Assembly (NCBI GenBank): GCA_046290225.1
Contig: JBKAGE010000038.1
Coordinates: 64,001 to 128,000, forward strand
DNA from: Bradymonadia bacterium
Lineage (GTDB): Bacteria > Myxococcota_A > Bradymonadia > UBA7976 > UBA1532
Length of the DNA stretch: 64,000 nt
Direction of reading: 5' to 3'
Below, in pieces: positions 8,320 through 17,115 of this stretch. Every line of letters starts with the position of its first letter. Position 1 is the stretch's first letter. The position numbers were made by a program, and so were the translations under genes. The notes under the pieces were generated by a model. That model worked only from the letters and a program-made list of their open reading frames with translations, did not search any database and was not told the DNA's origin.

Positions 8320-10895
8320 GGGCCCACCTCCAATTCAACAGTGATGAATCCAAAATCGCCAATGTCGAAGCCATCGACCACCAGGTAGACCAGCGAGGGC
8401 TCCGCGGGGCCCGTCCACTCGACGTACTCGTTGTTGCCCACTGCACCGATGTCGGAGCACACGAGGGGCAGGCCGTCACAGCCTCCGATGACATAAAGCA
8501 CTGCGTCGCCGTCAGGCATGTTCGCCCGGGCCCGGAGCGTCTCACCCGGGCCCAAAGCCACAGGGTACACCGTCTCGGGACCCGAGGCGCCGTTGGGGCA
8601 GACCACAGGGGGGTCGAGCTCTCGGTCGCCGAACTCCGTCGAGCCCGCGTAGGTGCCGTTCACCGTCCACGGATCGATGAAGTTCGCAATCTCACAGCTG
8701 GGGACGGTGCCATAGTAGGGGATGATCTCCACAGCCTCTTCAGCGGTCACCCGCGTCCCGTCCACCAGGGTGGCGGTGATGGGGACTCGGGTCGGTACGG
8801 AAACATCCGCGGCGCGGACGGTGACCTCCGCCAGGAAGTCCCCAGCGCCACCAGGTACATCCACGCTGACGATCTCCATGTCGGGGCCGAGATCGAAGTT
8901 GGCGGTCTCTACATCGAAGCCCGCGCCGATGGAGAGCACCTCGATGACCTCCTCGTCTTCAGAGATCACCGCATCGGGCAATGGCACGAGGGGCACCGGC
9001 TCGCTTCGACGGATGTCCACCAGATAGGGCGCGTCATTGCCCTCGGGCTGGCTGCCCTCCACGGAATATGCGTCCACCACCAGGAGCACCGTCTCGTCGA
9101 ACTCGGCGGTGTATCGCAAAACCACTGGCGCCTCGATGGCCTCTCGGAACACGCACCCGAAAGGCAAGGCGCCCATCTCGCAACGGTCGGCGATGTACAG
9201 CGTGCCGAAGGCGCCTGTGACCAGCTCAGCGGTGAGAGTCTGACCTGCCACCAAGCTCACTGGGATGACCTGCTCGCCGGCCTCGGGGTTGCCGAACCTG
9301 CAGGTGAGCTCTCCTAGGAAACCCACAGGCTCGAGGCCGGTGTAGGTGGCCACGTAGGTGCCGTCGCTCACCGGGCCCTCGTCGAGGGCGCTCTGGCAGT
9401 CACCTGCAGAGGGCAACGCCGTGGTGACGAAGCCGAGCCGGCCGGAGCGGAACACGGACTCTTCTCCGTCGCTCACCTGCAGGTGGATGGGCCCCGTGGG
9501 GGCGTCTTCGGCGATGACCGCCTCTGCAGAGAGCACATGACCCTGGGTGTCGGCGAGCTGCACGTTTTCGAGCACCACCCCATCACCGAGGCTCACGGAG
9601 AAGCCAGGGGCTTCAGGGTCGAAGGTACCATCCCACCAGCTGATCCTCACCCGGGTGCGCTGTCCGACGGGCAGCTGGGCGGGAGAGAGCTCTGCGGGCT
9701 TCACCTGGCGGCCGTAGAGGAACACGCGGGTGGTCTCCACGACGCGCACCTCGGCGGCCTCGGTCACAGCCACCTGGTGCCGGCGCGTGCGGCTGACGCT
9801 CAAAGTGGGCGCAGTGCCCAAAGAGATGCCGAAGTCAGTGAGGGCGGCGTCGAGGGTCACCTCGCCCACGGCGTCGTCGACCCGAAGCACGAAGCCCTCG
9901 TCATCCTCGAAGGTGAGCACGCTGACGATGACGTAGTCGTCTGGCTCTGGTGAGGGGGTCCAGCTGATGGTGAGCGGCTCGCCGTAGCGGATGGGCATCG
10001 GGAGAGACTGATCGTGGCTGGTGAGCTCGATGGCGTCGGGTACCACCACGACATCGGGGATGCTCAGCGGCCCCAGATCTTCGCCCCCGTCGATCTCCAG
10101 AGGCAACCGCTGACCGATCTCCAGCTGTTCGTAGATGCCCTCCCCGTCTTCGAGCAGGCTGGCGTAGATGGGCACCCCAGAGGCTTCAGTGGCCACGGGA
10201 TCGTAGGGCGCCACGAGCAGCTCGCCCAGCGCGAGGAACTGTCCGATGTCGAGGCCCTCCAGCGCAGCACCTTCCTCCAGCCGTTCGGGATCAGCCGCGA
10301 GGATCTCACCTTCACCAGGGGTCGGCCAGTAGCCGTGCACGATGAAGGTCTGAACCCCATATACATAGTCATACCAGCCCGCGACGTGCTCGAGGTCGAG
10401 GGCGGCGATCTCAGGCACGAAGACGCCATGGGCGGCCACCTCGGCCCAATCGAAGAGCGCGTCGGCCTGGAGCACCTCGAAGTTCACCTGACCGATCAGG
10501 CCTTCTGGACCCACATCAGGCGGGTCCATATCAGCCAGCTCCATATCAGCCAGCTCCATGTCGGCCATGCCACCATCGCCCATCCCTTCATCGGGGACAT
10601 CGCCGTCGACCATTTCGGCGTCGGGCAGCTCAGCGTCTGGCAGATCTGCATCCGAGGCGCCGTCGGGCACGTCCGCGTCAGGCAATATGACGTCAGGCAG
10701 ATCGGCATCAGGCAGACGCGCATCACGATCTGTAAAGTTCGGCGGCTCGCCATCTGGGGGGCCAGCGTCGAAGAGGTACACCACCCCACCATCAGGTGGA
10801 GGTGGCGGTGATGTGCTCTCGCCCTCTTCGTCATCACAGGCGAAGGCCAACGTCGACAATACGAGACAGCCCAACAGTGGGCGTCGAAGAGACAT
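8316..10895 (-). CDS. Large acidic surface lipoprotein with Ig-like and PPC-like beta-sandwich repeats
   Basis: Start 10895 (MSLRRPLLG..FAC) after GAGGTG RBS; D/P/M-rich linker; two repeats ending LLVVDAY/YLVVDGF; 4-nt overlap with the PLD gene. Confidence 0.75.
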   Translation of the reverse strand: MSLRRPLLGCLVLSTLAFACDDEEGESTSPPPPPDGGVVYLFDAGPPDGEPPNFTDRDARLPDADLPDVILPDADVPDGASDADLPDAELPDAEMVDGDVPDEGMGDGGMADMELADMELADMDPPDVGPEGLIGQVNFEVLQADALFDWAEVAAHGVFVPEIAALDLEHVAGWYDYVYGVQTFIVHGYWPTPGEGEILAADPERLEEGAALEGLDIGQFLALGELLVAPYDPVATEASGVPIYASLLEDGEGIYEQLEIGQRLPLEIDGGEDLGPLSIPDVVVVPDAIELTSHDQSLPMPIRYGEPLTISWTPSPEPDDYVIVSVLTFEDDEGFVLRVDDAVGEVTLDAALTDFGISLGTAPTLSVSRTRRHQVAVTEAAEVRVVETTRVFLYGRQVKPAELSPAQLPVGQRTRVRISWWDGTFDPEAPGFSVSLGDGVVLENVQLADTQGHVLSAEAVIAEDAPTGPIHLQVSDGEESVFRSGRLGFVTTALPSAGDCQSALDEGPVSDGTYVATYTGLEPVGFLGELTCRFGNPEAGEQVIPVSLVAGQTLTAELVTGAFGTLYIADRCEMGALPFGCVFREAIEAPVVLRYTAEFDETVLLVVDAYSVEGSQPEGNDAPYLVDIRRSEPVPLVPLPDAVISEDEEVIEVLSIGAGFDVETANFDLGPDMEIVSVDVPGGAGDFLAEVTVRAADVSVPTRVPITATLVDGTRVTAEEAVEIIPYYGTVPSCEIANFIDPWTVNGTYAGSTEFGDRELDPPVVCPNGASGPETVYPVALGPGETLRARANMPDGDAVLYVIGGCDGLPLVCSDIGAVGNNEYVEWTGPAEPSLVYLVVDGFDIGDFGFITVELEVGP
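10525..10559. repeat. 15-bp tandem repeat (2.3 copies) encoding MELAD in the linker
   Basis: TCCATATCAGCCAGC x2 plus TCCAT. Confidence 0.85.
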
Positions 10896-11077
10896 CGCGT
10901 CACCTCTCCGTAAATCAAGCGACGCAATATGCCATGTAAGCGGGTCTGAGAAAACTCGGCACACGGGCTGACGCCTCTCAAACCCGCACTGCGGTTTCTG
11001 CAGTGAGGTCTGCGGAATTCGCAGCAGCTTGACGCATCAACAGATGCACAGAGCCCTTGAAACGGTCCGGGCAGTGC

Positions 11078-11093
11078 TGGCACACCCATTGCT
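11078..11093 (+). promoter_or_regulatory. Sigma-54 (-24/-12) promoter
   Basis: TGGCACACCCATTGCT (GG-N10-GC), 45 bp upstream of ATG 11138. Confidence 0.75.
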
Positions 11094-11137
11094 CAATCAG
11101 AACTCGAGGACGAGACGAGATGAGTCGAGGGAGCGAA

Positions 11138-12103
11138 ATGCGTAGATTCACCACCTGGGGGGCCATTCTCCTCAGCGCGGGGTTGCTCACCGGGTGCCAG
11201 TGGGATCTCGAAGAAGAGGCAGAAGAGAGCGCTGCAGCCGACATGGATCTGCCCGACAACACGCAGCTCTTCTGTGCGACGAACGACGACTGTGCAGAGG
11301 CCTGCCCGGAGCTGGCCCTGGGGTGCGCCTGCGGTACGACGCCTGAAGGTCAGATTTGTGTCCCCGCCTGCGACACGCCCGCAGACTGCCCGCCGCCTCC
11401 ACCGGGGGCTGCCCCCCTCGCGTGCTCTGAGGGTGTGTGTGCGCCGCAGGCCGGTGGCGGCCCGACCCCGGACGGCGGCCTCATGCCCGATGGCGGCATG
11501 ATGCCACCTATGCGCCAGGACGGCGGCATGATGAGCGGGCCCACCCCGTGCGAGCAGCCTGCGGACTGCGTCGACGCATGCGGGCCAGAGGCCATGGGCT
11601 GTACCTGTATCGAGGGGCCCAACGGATCGAGATGCGCCGCCACGTGCGAGGTCGACGAGGATTGCCCTCCGGGCCCCATGGGCGAGGCCTTGATCTGCAA
11701 TGAGAGGCGGGGTGTTTGCCGCCCGGATGACGGCATGATGACGATGCCGGACGGAGGCATGCGGCCGCCGCGAGAAGACATGGGCATGATGCCTCCTGAC
11801 GGCATGGATGCAGGTCTGCCCCCGATGGGTGAAGATGCCGGCGGACCGCCGGTGCCCGAAGCCGACGCCGGCATGCAGCCTCCAGGGCGCATGGCCTGCG
11901 AGGTCGAGGCTGACTGCGAAGGCGCGTGCGATCCCGCAGCGATGGGCTGCACCTGTGACGACGGCCCCATGGGCATGTTCTGTGTGCCCACCTGCAACGA
12001 CGACGCAGACTGCCCCGAGGGGGCCATGGGCCAGACACTCACCTGTAACCAAAGGGGGATTTGCGTCCCCGAAGGCATGATGCCCGGCGGCATGATGCCC
12101 TGA
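11138..12103 (+). CDS. Cys-rich, Met-rich repeat lipoprotein
   Basis: MRRFTTWG..LLTGC lipobox; three 10-Cys modules separated by DGGMM-rich linkers. Confidence 0.85.
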   Translation: MRRFTTWGAILLSAGLLTGCQWDLEEEAEESAAADMDLPDNTQLFCATNDDCAEACPELALGCACGTTPEGQICVPACDTPADCPPPPPGAAPLACSEGVCAPQAGGGPTPDGGLMPDGGMMPPMRQDGGMMSGPTPCEQPADCVDACGPEAMGCTCIEGPNGSRCAATCEVDEDCPPGPMGEALICNERRGVCRPDDGMMTMPDGGMRPPREDMGMMPPDGMDAGLPPMGEDAGGPPVPEADAGMQPPGRMACEVEADCEGACDPAAMGCTCDDGPMGMFCVPTCNDDADCPEGAMGQTLTCNQRGICVPEGMMPGGMMP

Positions 12104-12111
12104 GCTTGCTG

Positions 12112-12190
12112 ACAAACGCGGGGGTGTGGTCGGGAGTCTCCTCCCATCGCATCATCTCCTCCCCCGGCTGTACCCCCGCGTTTGTTTTTT
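12112..12190 (+). terminator. Long-stem hairpin plus U-tract (intrinsic terminator or structured 3' RNA)
   Basis: ACAAACGCGGGGGT (12112-12125) pairs perfectly with ACCCCCGCGTTTGT (12172-12185), followed by a T-run; 8 nt after the stop codon. Confidence 0.7.
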
Positions 12191-12315
12191 CTTCTTTTCG
12201 ACGCCTGCCCGACACGCGCTTTCCTCCATCGACGCCCTCGACTTTTCGGGTCGCCTCGTGGTTTGTTGCGGCACATCTCGCAACCCCACCCCCACCCGCG
12301 TCGTCTCCTCAGATC

Positions 12316-12771
12316 ATGAACACCAACACCATGCTGCACCTGTGTATCGTCGACGGCCCTACCCTCAAGGCTCTCCTGGAGGCCGGTGAGGCCCTCGACG
12401 TCGATGCCCTCGCTCTCGACAAACTCTCCGCCCCTGCTGCTGATCTCGTCGATGACGCCCCTGAGGCAGAGGCGGGCTGGCTGCCAGGCCTCGCGAAGGA
12501 GAGCGGGGCCCCCCTCACCCTCGAGCACTTCGAGCTGGCTCCACGCCAGGCGGCCGGTGTGAGAGATCCACGAGGGGCGTGGGAGCTCGACGCCTTCGCC
12601 CTCTGCTCGGTCTACGAGCGGGTGGTCTGGGATGATCGCGCCCCCACGTGGCACAACACCGTAGGGCGCCCCAAGAGCCACGATCGCCTGCGCAAGATTC
12701 ACGATCTGGCCCTCAGGGCCTGGCGGAACAGCGAGCAGGGCGAGCGCCTGGTCATGCTGGAGCAGCTCTGA
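12316..12771 (+). CDS. Hypothetical protein
   Basis: Start MNTNTMLHLC at 12316 (or 12331); ends 1 nt before sppA. Confidence 0.65.
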   Translation: MNTNTMLHLCIVDGPTLKALLEAGEALDVDALALDKLSAPAADLVDDAPEAEAGWLPGLAKESGAPLTLEHFELAPRQAAGVRDPRGAWELDAFALCSVYERVVWDDRAPTWHNTVGRPKSHDRLRKIHDLALRAWRNSEQGERLVMLEQL

Positions 12772-12772
12772 G

Positions 12773-14491
12773 ATGTTGCGCCTTCTGTGGGCCCTGCCTC
12801 TGTGGTTGCTGTTGTTGCCTCTGGCCCTGGTCCGGTGGCTGATCAGTCGCTTCCAACGCAGCCCCAGGGTGCTGGAGGTGGTCCTCGAAGGCGACATCAC
12901 GCTTCTGCCCCAACCCAAAGGCCCCTTCCGCCGGGGCGGCAGCGGCGGGCGCGGGGCGCTGAGATCAGCCCTTCGGACGGCCCTCAAAGATCAACGTGTA
13001 CAGACGATCTTCGTGCGCATCGGGAGTCTCGAAGGTGGCCTCGGTCACCTCTCTGCGCTCCGGGCTCTGCTGGGCAGCCTCAAGGTGCCTCGGGGCAACG
13101 GCGCGGTGAAGGTGGTGGCCTATGTGCACCAGCCCACCACCCGCGCCCTCTGGGTGGCCAGCAGCGCCGACGAGATCATCATCCCCAAACACACGCCGGT
13201 CATGGCCATGGGGACCTCCCTCGAGATCAACTACTACGGTGAGGGGCTGGAGAAGGCGGGCATCGACGTTGATGTAGTGGCTGCCGGGGCTTTCAAGTCA
13301 GCCATGGAGCCTTTCACCCGCACCGAGCCCTCCGAGGCGAGCCGGGAAGCCCTCGAAGCCCTGCTCGGCGATCTCCATGACGGGCTCGTGGCCGATCTCG
13401 GCGCCCGGCCCGGGCGCACCCCCGAGCAGATCGAAGCGGCCCTCGCCTCAGGGCCCCACCTCGCCGACCAGGCGGTGGCGCTGGGTCTCGCCGACGCCGC
13501 CCTGGATCTCGAAGAGGTCGACGCCCGCCTCGACTGTCACGACGACGGCAAAGCCAGCAAGATCCACCTCGACGATCACCCTGGCGTGATCCGCCCCTGG
13601 CCCCGCAAGCCACGTCTGCTGCCCCAGAAGGCCCCTCTGGCGGTCATCCCCGTGGTGGGCGACATCCGCGACGGCAAGCTCGAAGGCCCCGAGCGGAGCA
13701 AGGGGGCCATCGGCCGCGAGGTGGTGGAGCTCGCCGATGCCGCCCGCAAGAACAAGTCCATCAAAGGCGTGCTGCTCTACATCGACAGCCGCGGAGGCAG
13801 CGCCACCGCCAGCGAGGAGATGTGGCGCGCAGTGCGCCGGCTGGCGAAGAAAAAGCCTGTGGTGGCCTGGATGGGCGACTATGCCGCCAGCGGGGGGTAC
13901 TACCTCGCCAGTGCCGCCCACCACATCGTGGCCTGCCCCACCACCCTCACCGGGAGCATCGGGGTCATCGCCGCCAAGCCTCACGTGGAGCGCCTGCTGG
14001 CCCGCCTCGGGGTGCACACCACCCGCCTGGAGCGCGGGCCTCAGTCGACGATGTTCTCTCTGAGCCGCGGCTTCACCGAAGCAGAGCGGGCGGCCATGGA
14101 AGCCACCATCACCGCCTTCTATGACCTGTTCCTCGCCCGCGTGGGCGAAGGCCGGGATCGCACCCCGGAGTCGGTCCATCCGGTGGCCCAGGGGCGCGTC
14201 TGGACCGGACAGCAAGCCCTCGCCCACGCCCTCGTCGACGCCCTCGGCGACGAAGAGGCGGCCATCCGCACCCTCTCGGCGATGACCGGCGTAAGCGGGC
14301 GCCCGCCCCTCCGCGTGCTGCGGCCCCACCGCCCGCTCATGGAGCGCCTGCTCTCGGGCATCGGCGCCCAGGCGGCAGCCTCCGCCGCCACCCCAGCCGC
14401 CCTGACCACGCTGATGGAGGCCGCCGAGGGCGCCCTGCCCCCCGAGGGTGACGCCCTCGCGTGGTGCCCCATCACAGTCCGCACACCGTGA
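12773..14491 (+). CDS. sppA: Signal peptide peptidase SppA (protease IV, long form)
   Basis: N-terminal TM; GAFKSAMEPF (Lys), IDSRGGSA, AASGGYY (Ser), TGSIGV, AQGRVWTG. Confidence 0.92.
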   Translation: MLRLLWALPLWLLLLPLALVRWLISRFQRSPRVLEVVLEGDITLLPQPKGPFRRGGSGGRGALRSALRTALKDQRVQTIFVRIGSLEGGLGHLSALRALLGSLKVPRGNGAVKVVAYVHQPTTRALWVASSADEIIIPKHTPVMAMGTSLEINYYGEGLEKAGIDVDVVAAGAFKSAMEPFTRTEPSEASREALEALLGDLHDGLVADLGARPGRTPEQIEAALASGPHLADQAVALGLADAALDLEEVDARLDCHDDGKASKIHLDDHPGVIRPWPRKPRLLPQKAPLAVIPVVGDIRDGKLEGPERSKGAIGREVVELADAARKNKSIKGVLLYIDSRGGSATASEEMWRAVRRLAKKKPVVAWMGDYAASGGYYLASAAHHIVACPTTLTGSIGVIAAKPHVERLLARLGVHTTRLERGPQSTMFSLSRGFTEAERAAMEATITAFYDLFLARVGEGRDRTPESVHPVAQGRVWTGQQALAHALVDALGDEEAAIRTLSAMTGVSGRPPLRVLRPHRPLMERLLSGIGAQAAASAATPAALTTLMEAAEGALPPEGDALAWCPITVRTP

Positions 14492-14498
14492 GCCGCTG

Positions 14499-16187
14499 AT
14501 GAGCTGGTTGGCCCTCGGGCCCCTCGCCCTGATCCTGCACCTGGCGGTCTTCTCGACCTACATCGCGCTGCAACGGCGAAAGCCCACCGCCACCCTCGCC
14601 TGGATCCTGCTGGTGGCGGTGCTCCCGATCATCGGACTCTTTGTCTGGGCGCTCTTCGGCGGTTATCGGATCCGACGACAGCGCACTCTCCGCCGCGGTG
14701 TGGTGAGTCAAGTGAAGCCACTTTGGCTGCGGCCCGGGCGCCACGGCGAGGGTGTGCCCGGCCATGATTTGTCTCTGAGCAGCCAGCACATGATCGCCCT
14801 CGGCCAGGCAGACGGCCTCGGCGCCCCTGCCTACCCGGGCAACCACGTGGAGCTCTTCCTCCAGCCCGCCCTGCTCTACGACGCCATCGACGCCGCCATC
14901 CGCGCCGCAGAGCATCACGTGCACCTGCAGTACTACATCTTCAAGAACGACGAGGCGGGGCACCGTCTGCGGGCGGCCCTCATCGAGCGCGCCCGGGCCG
15001 GGGTCAAGGTGCGGTGCCTGTTCGACGGCCTCGGCAGCTTCGGCCTCGGCGACGAGTTCTTGAAGCCCATGCTCGCCGCCGGCGTAGAGGTGGCCTGGTT
15101 CCTGCCGCTGAGGTTGCCTGGTCTTTCAAAGGCCCACCCCTGGTTCAGCCACCTGCGCAACCACCGCAAGATCGTGGTCATCGACGGCGTGAAGGCCTTC
15201 ACCGGTGGCGTCAACATCGGCGATGAGTATGCAGGCTATGGTGATCACCCTGGCTGGCGAGACACCCACCTGGTCCTCGCAGGCCCCGCGGTGAGGGCGC
15301 TCCAGGAGCTGTTCCTCGAGGACTGGATGTTCGCCACCGACGTCGACATCGAGAGCAGCCTCGTCATCGAAGATCTGTTTCACGAGCCCGAGCAGCCCCC
15401 GGGCTCCGATGTGGTGCAAATCATCGGCAGCGGCCCCGACACGCAGTGGGATCTGATCCACAAGCTCTACTTTCAAGCCATCGTCGAGGCCCGGGAGCGG
15501 GTGTTCCTGACCACGCCCTACTTCATCCCTGATCAAGCCATCTTCACGGCACTGACGACGGCGGCCCTCCGAGGGGTCGACGTACAGCTGCTCCTCCCCG
15601 CCCGCTCGGATGTACGCCTGGCAGAGTGGGCGGCCCGCAGTTACTACGCCGAGCTGTTGGAGGCAGGGGTGCAGATCCACGAGTTCACGGGCACGATGCT
15701 CCATGCCAAGACTCTGGTGGTCGACGGCGAGATCTGCTCGGTGGGCTCAGCGAACATGGACATCCGCAGCTTCGAGCTGAACTTCGAGGCGAACGCCTTC
15801 GTATACTGCCAGCACCTCGCCGAGCAGCTCGAGCAGGCTTTTGTGGAAGACGTGGCACAGAGCAAGCGGGTGGAGCACGCCGCCTTCAACGATCGACACA
15901 TCGTGAAGCGGATCGCCGAGGGCTGGGCCCGGCTGCTGTCACCGATTCTTGGCGGACGTGCCAAGGCACGCGTCCGCACAGGCGCAGCGAAGCTGGGCCG
16001 TCCGCCCCGACAATCGCTACAGCCCACACACCTCGTTCACCTGCTTGAGCAGCCCCGAGAGCGCCTCTTTCTCGATGCCGGCCTTCACCAGCTCTTCGAG
16101 GTTCATCGAGGCGCTCAGGCAGTGGGTCGACTTGCTGTCACCCGTGCTCTCGGCGATGGCCAGCGCCGCGCGGGTCTTTGTGGGTGA
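14499..16187 (+). CDS. cls: Cardiolipin synthase (with atypical C-terminal extension)
   Basis: PLDc_N TM hairpin (TLAWILL); RNHRKIVVID and LHAKTLVVD HKD motifs; GSANMDIRSFELNFE. Confidence 0.93.
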   Translation: MSWLALGPLALILHLAVFSTYIALQRRKPTATLAWILLVAVLPIIGLFVWALFGGYRIRRQRTLRRGVVSQVKPLWLRPGRHGEGVPGHDLSLSSQHMIALGQADGLGAPAYPGNHVELFLQPALLYDAIDAAIRAAEHHVHLQYYIFKNDEAGHRLRAALIERARAGVKVRCLFDGLGSFGLGDEFLKPMLAAGVEVAWFLPLRLPGLSKAHPWFSHLRNHRKIVVIDGVKAFTGGVNIGDEYAGYGDHPGWRDTHLVLAGPAVRALQELFLEDWMFATDVDIESSLVIEDLFHEPEQPPGSDVVQIIGSGPDTQWDLIHKLYFQAIVEARERVFLTTPYFIPDQAIFTALTTAALRGVDVQLLLPARSDVRLAEWAARSYYAELLEAGVQIHEFTGTMLHAKTLVVDGEICSVGSANMDIRSFELNFEANAFVYCQHLAEQLEQAFVEDVAQSKRVEHAAFNDRHIVKRIAEGWARLLSPILGGRAKARVRTGAAKLGRPPRQSLQPTHLVHLLEQPRERLFLDAGLHQLFEVHRGAQAVGRLAVTRALGDGQRRAGLCG

Positions 16188-16571
16188 CACCCGGCAGGCC
16201 TTGATGAACGCGGGATCGTTGCGCAGCTGCTTCTGCTCGGCCACACCGGCGATCTCCAGCTCACCGCACAGGGTGATGATCTCCAGGAACTCTTTGCTGG
16301 TCTTCGCCTGAGCGGTCCGCTCGGCGATGACCTTGAGACGACCGGCGACGTCGCTTGCAGGGGGCACAGCTACGGGCTTCTCCTCAGGATCGGCCTGAGC
16401 GACGGCGCCGTCGGGCTTCGATGGGGTCTCTGTGCTGGCCCCTGCTTTCGGATCAGGTTTGGCCTCTGCAGGCCCCGGTGTGTTCTTCGGTGCCGGATCT
16501 TTCTTGCCCGAGCACCCGGCGGCGAGCACCAGGACAGCACACATGCACAACCAGCATCCCTTCATCTGCAA
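16017..16571 (-). CDS. Hypothetical lipoprotein
   Basis: LAAGC lipobox, Pro/Lys linker, helical domain with four Cys. Confidence 0.75.
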   Translation of the reverse strand: MQMKGCWLCMCAVLVLAAGCSGKKDPAPKNTPGPAEAKPDPKAGASTETPSKPDGAVAQADPEEKPVAVPPASDVAGRLKVIAERTAQAKTSKEFLEIITLCGELEIAGVAEQKQLRNDPAFIKACRVSPTKTRAALAIAESTGDSKSTHCLSASMNLEELVKAGIEKEALSGLLKQVNEVCGL

Positions 16572-16613
16572 CTCCTCTGCGTATCGGCGTTGAGCGTGGC
16601 CCAGAATCGACCG

Positions 16614-17096
16614 TCAGGCAATCTCACCTTCGAGCAGGTGAGGCCCCTCGAATTCCCGGACGACTTTGCGAAACGATTCAGGGATGGTGATCGGTTTAAA
16701 CGTCTCGTCGAGCCACACCAACGTGAGGCTGCCCGTGGACACCACCGCCCGCTTGCGCTTGTGGGTGATGAGAAAGTGGAAGGTGTAGCTGCTCCGGCCA
16801 ATGTGGCAGACCCGCACATGCAGCACGAGGATGTCGTTGTACCGCGCCGGGCTGTGGAACTGAGCTGCCTGCTGCACCACAGCCCCGGGGATGAGATCTT
16901 TGACGGGGCCGCCGTGGCGGGTGAGGCCCAGGTGGTTCAGGTAGTCCATCCGGCCCACGTCCATGTAGGCGGCGAAGCTGCCGAAGAAGACGATGCCCAC
17001 AGCGTCGGTCTCGCTCAGGCGGGCCCTGATCTCGGTCTGAAAGCCATAGACGTTGCGGTCCAGCGAGACCGCGGGCAGATTGACTGGAGCACTCAT
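16614..17096 (-). CDS. Acyl-CoA thioesterase (4HBT/YbgC-like hotdog fold)
   Basis: RLSETDAVGIVFFGSFAAYMDVGR; FHSPARYND; IGRSS. Confidence 0.88.
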   Translation of the reverse strand: MSAPVNLPAVSLDRNVYGFQTEIRARLSETDAVGIVFFGSFAAYMDVGRMDYLNHLGLTRHGGPVKDLIPGAVVQQAAQFHSPARYNDILVLHVRVCHIGRSSYTFHFLITHKRKRAVVSTGSLTLVWLDETFKPITIPESFRKVVREFEGPHLLEGEIA

Positions 17097-17115
17097 TGTT
17101 CTCTCAACACCTCGA

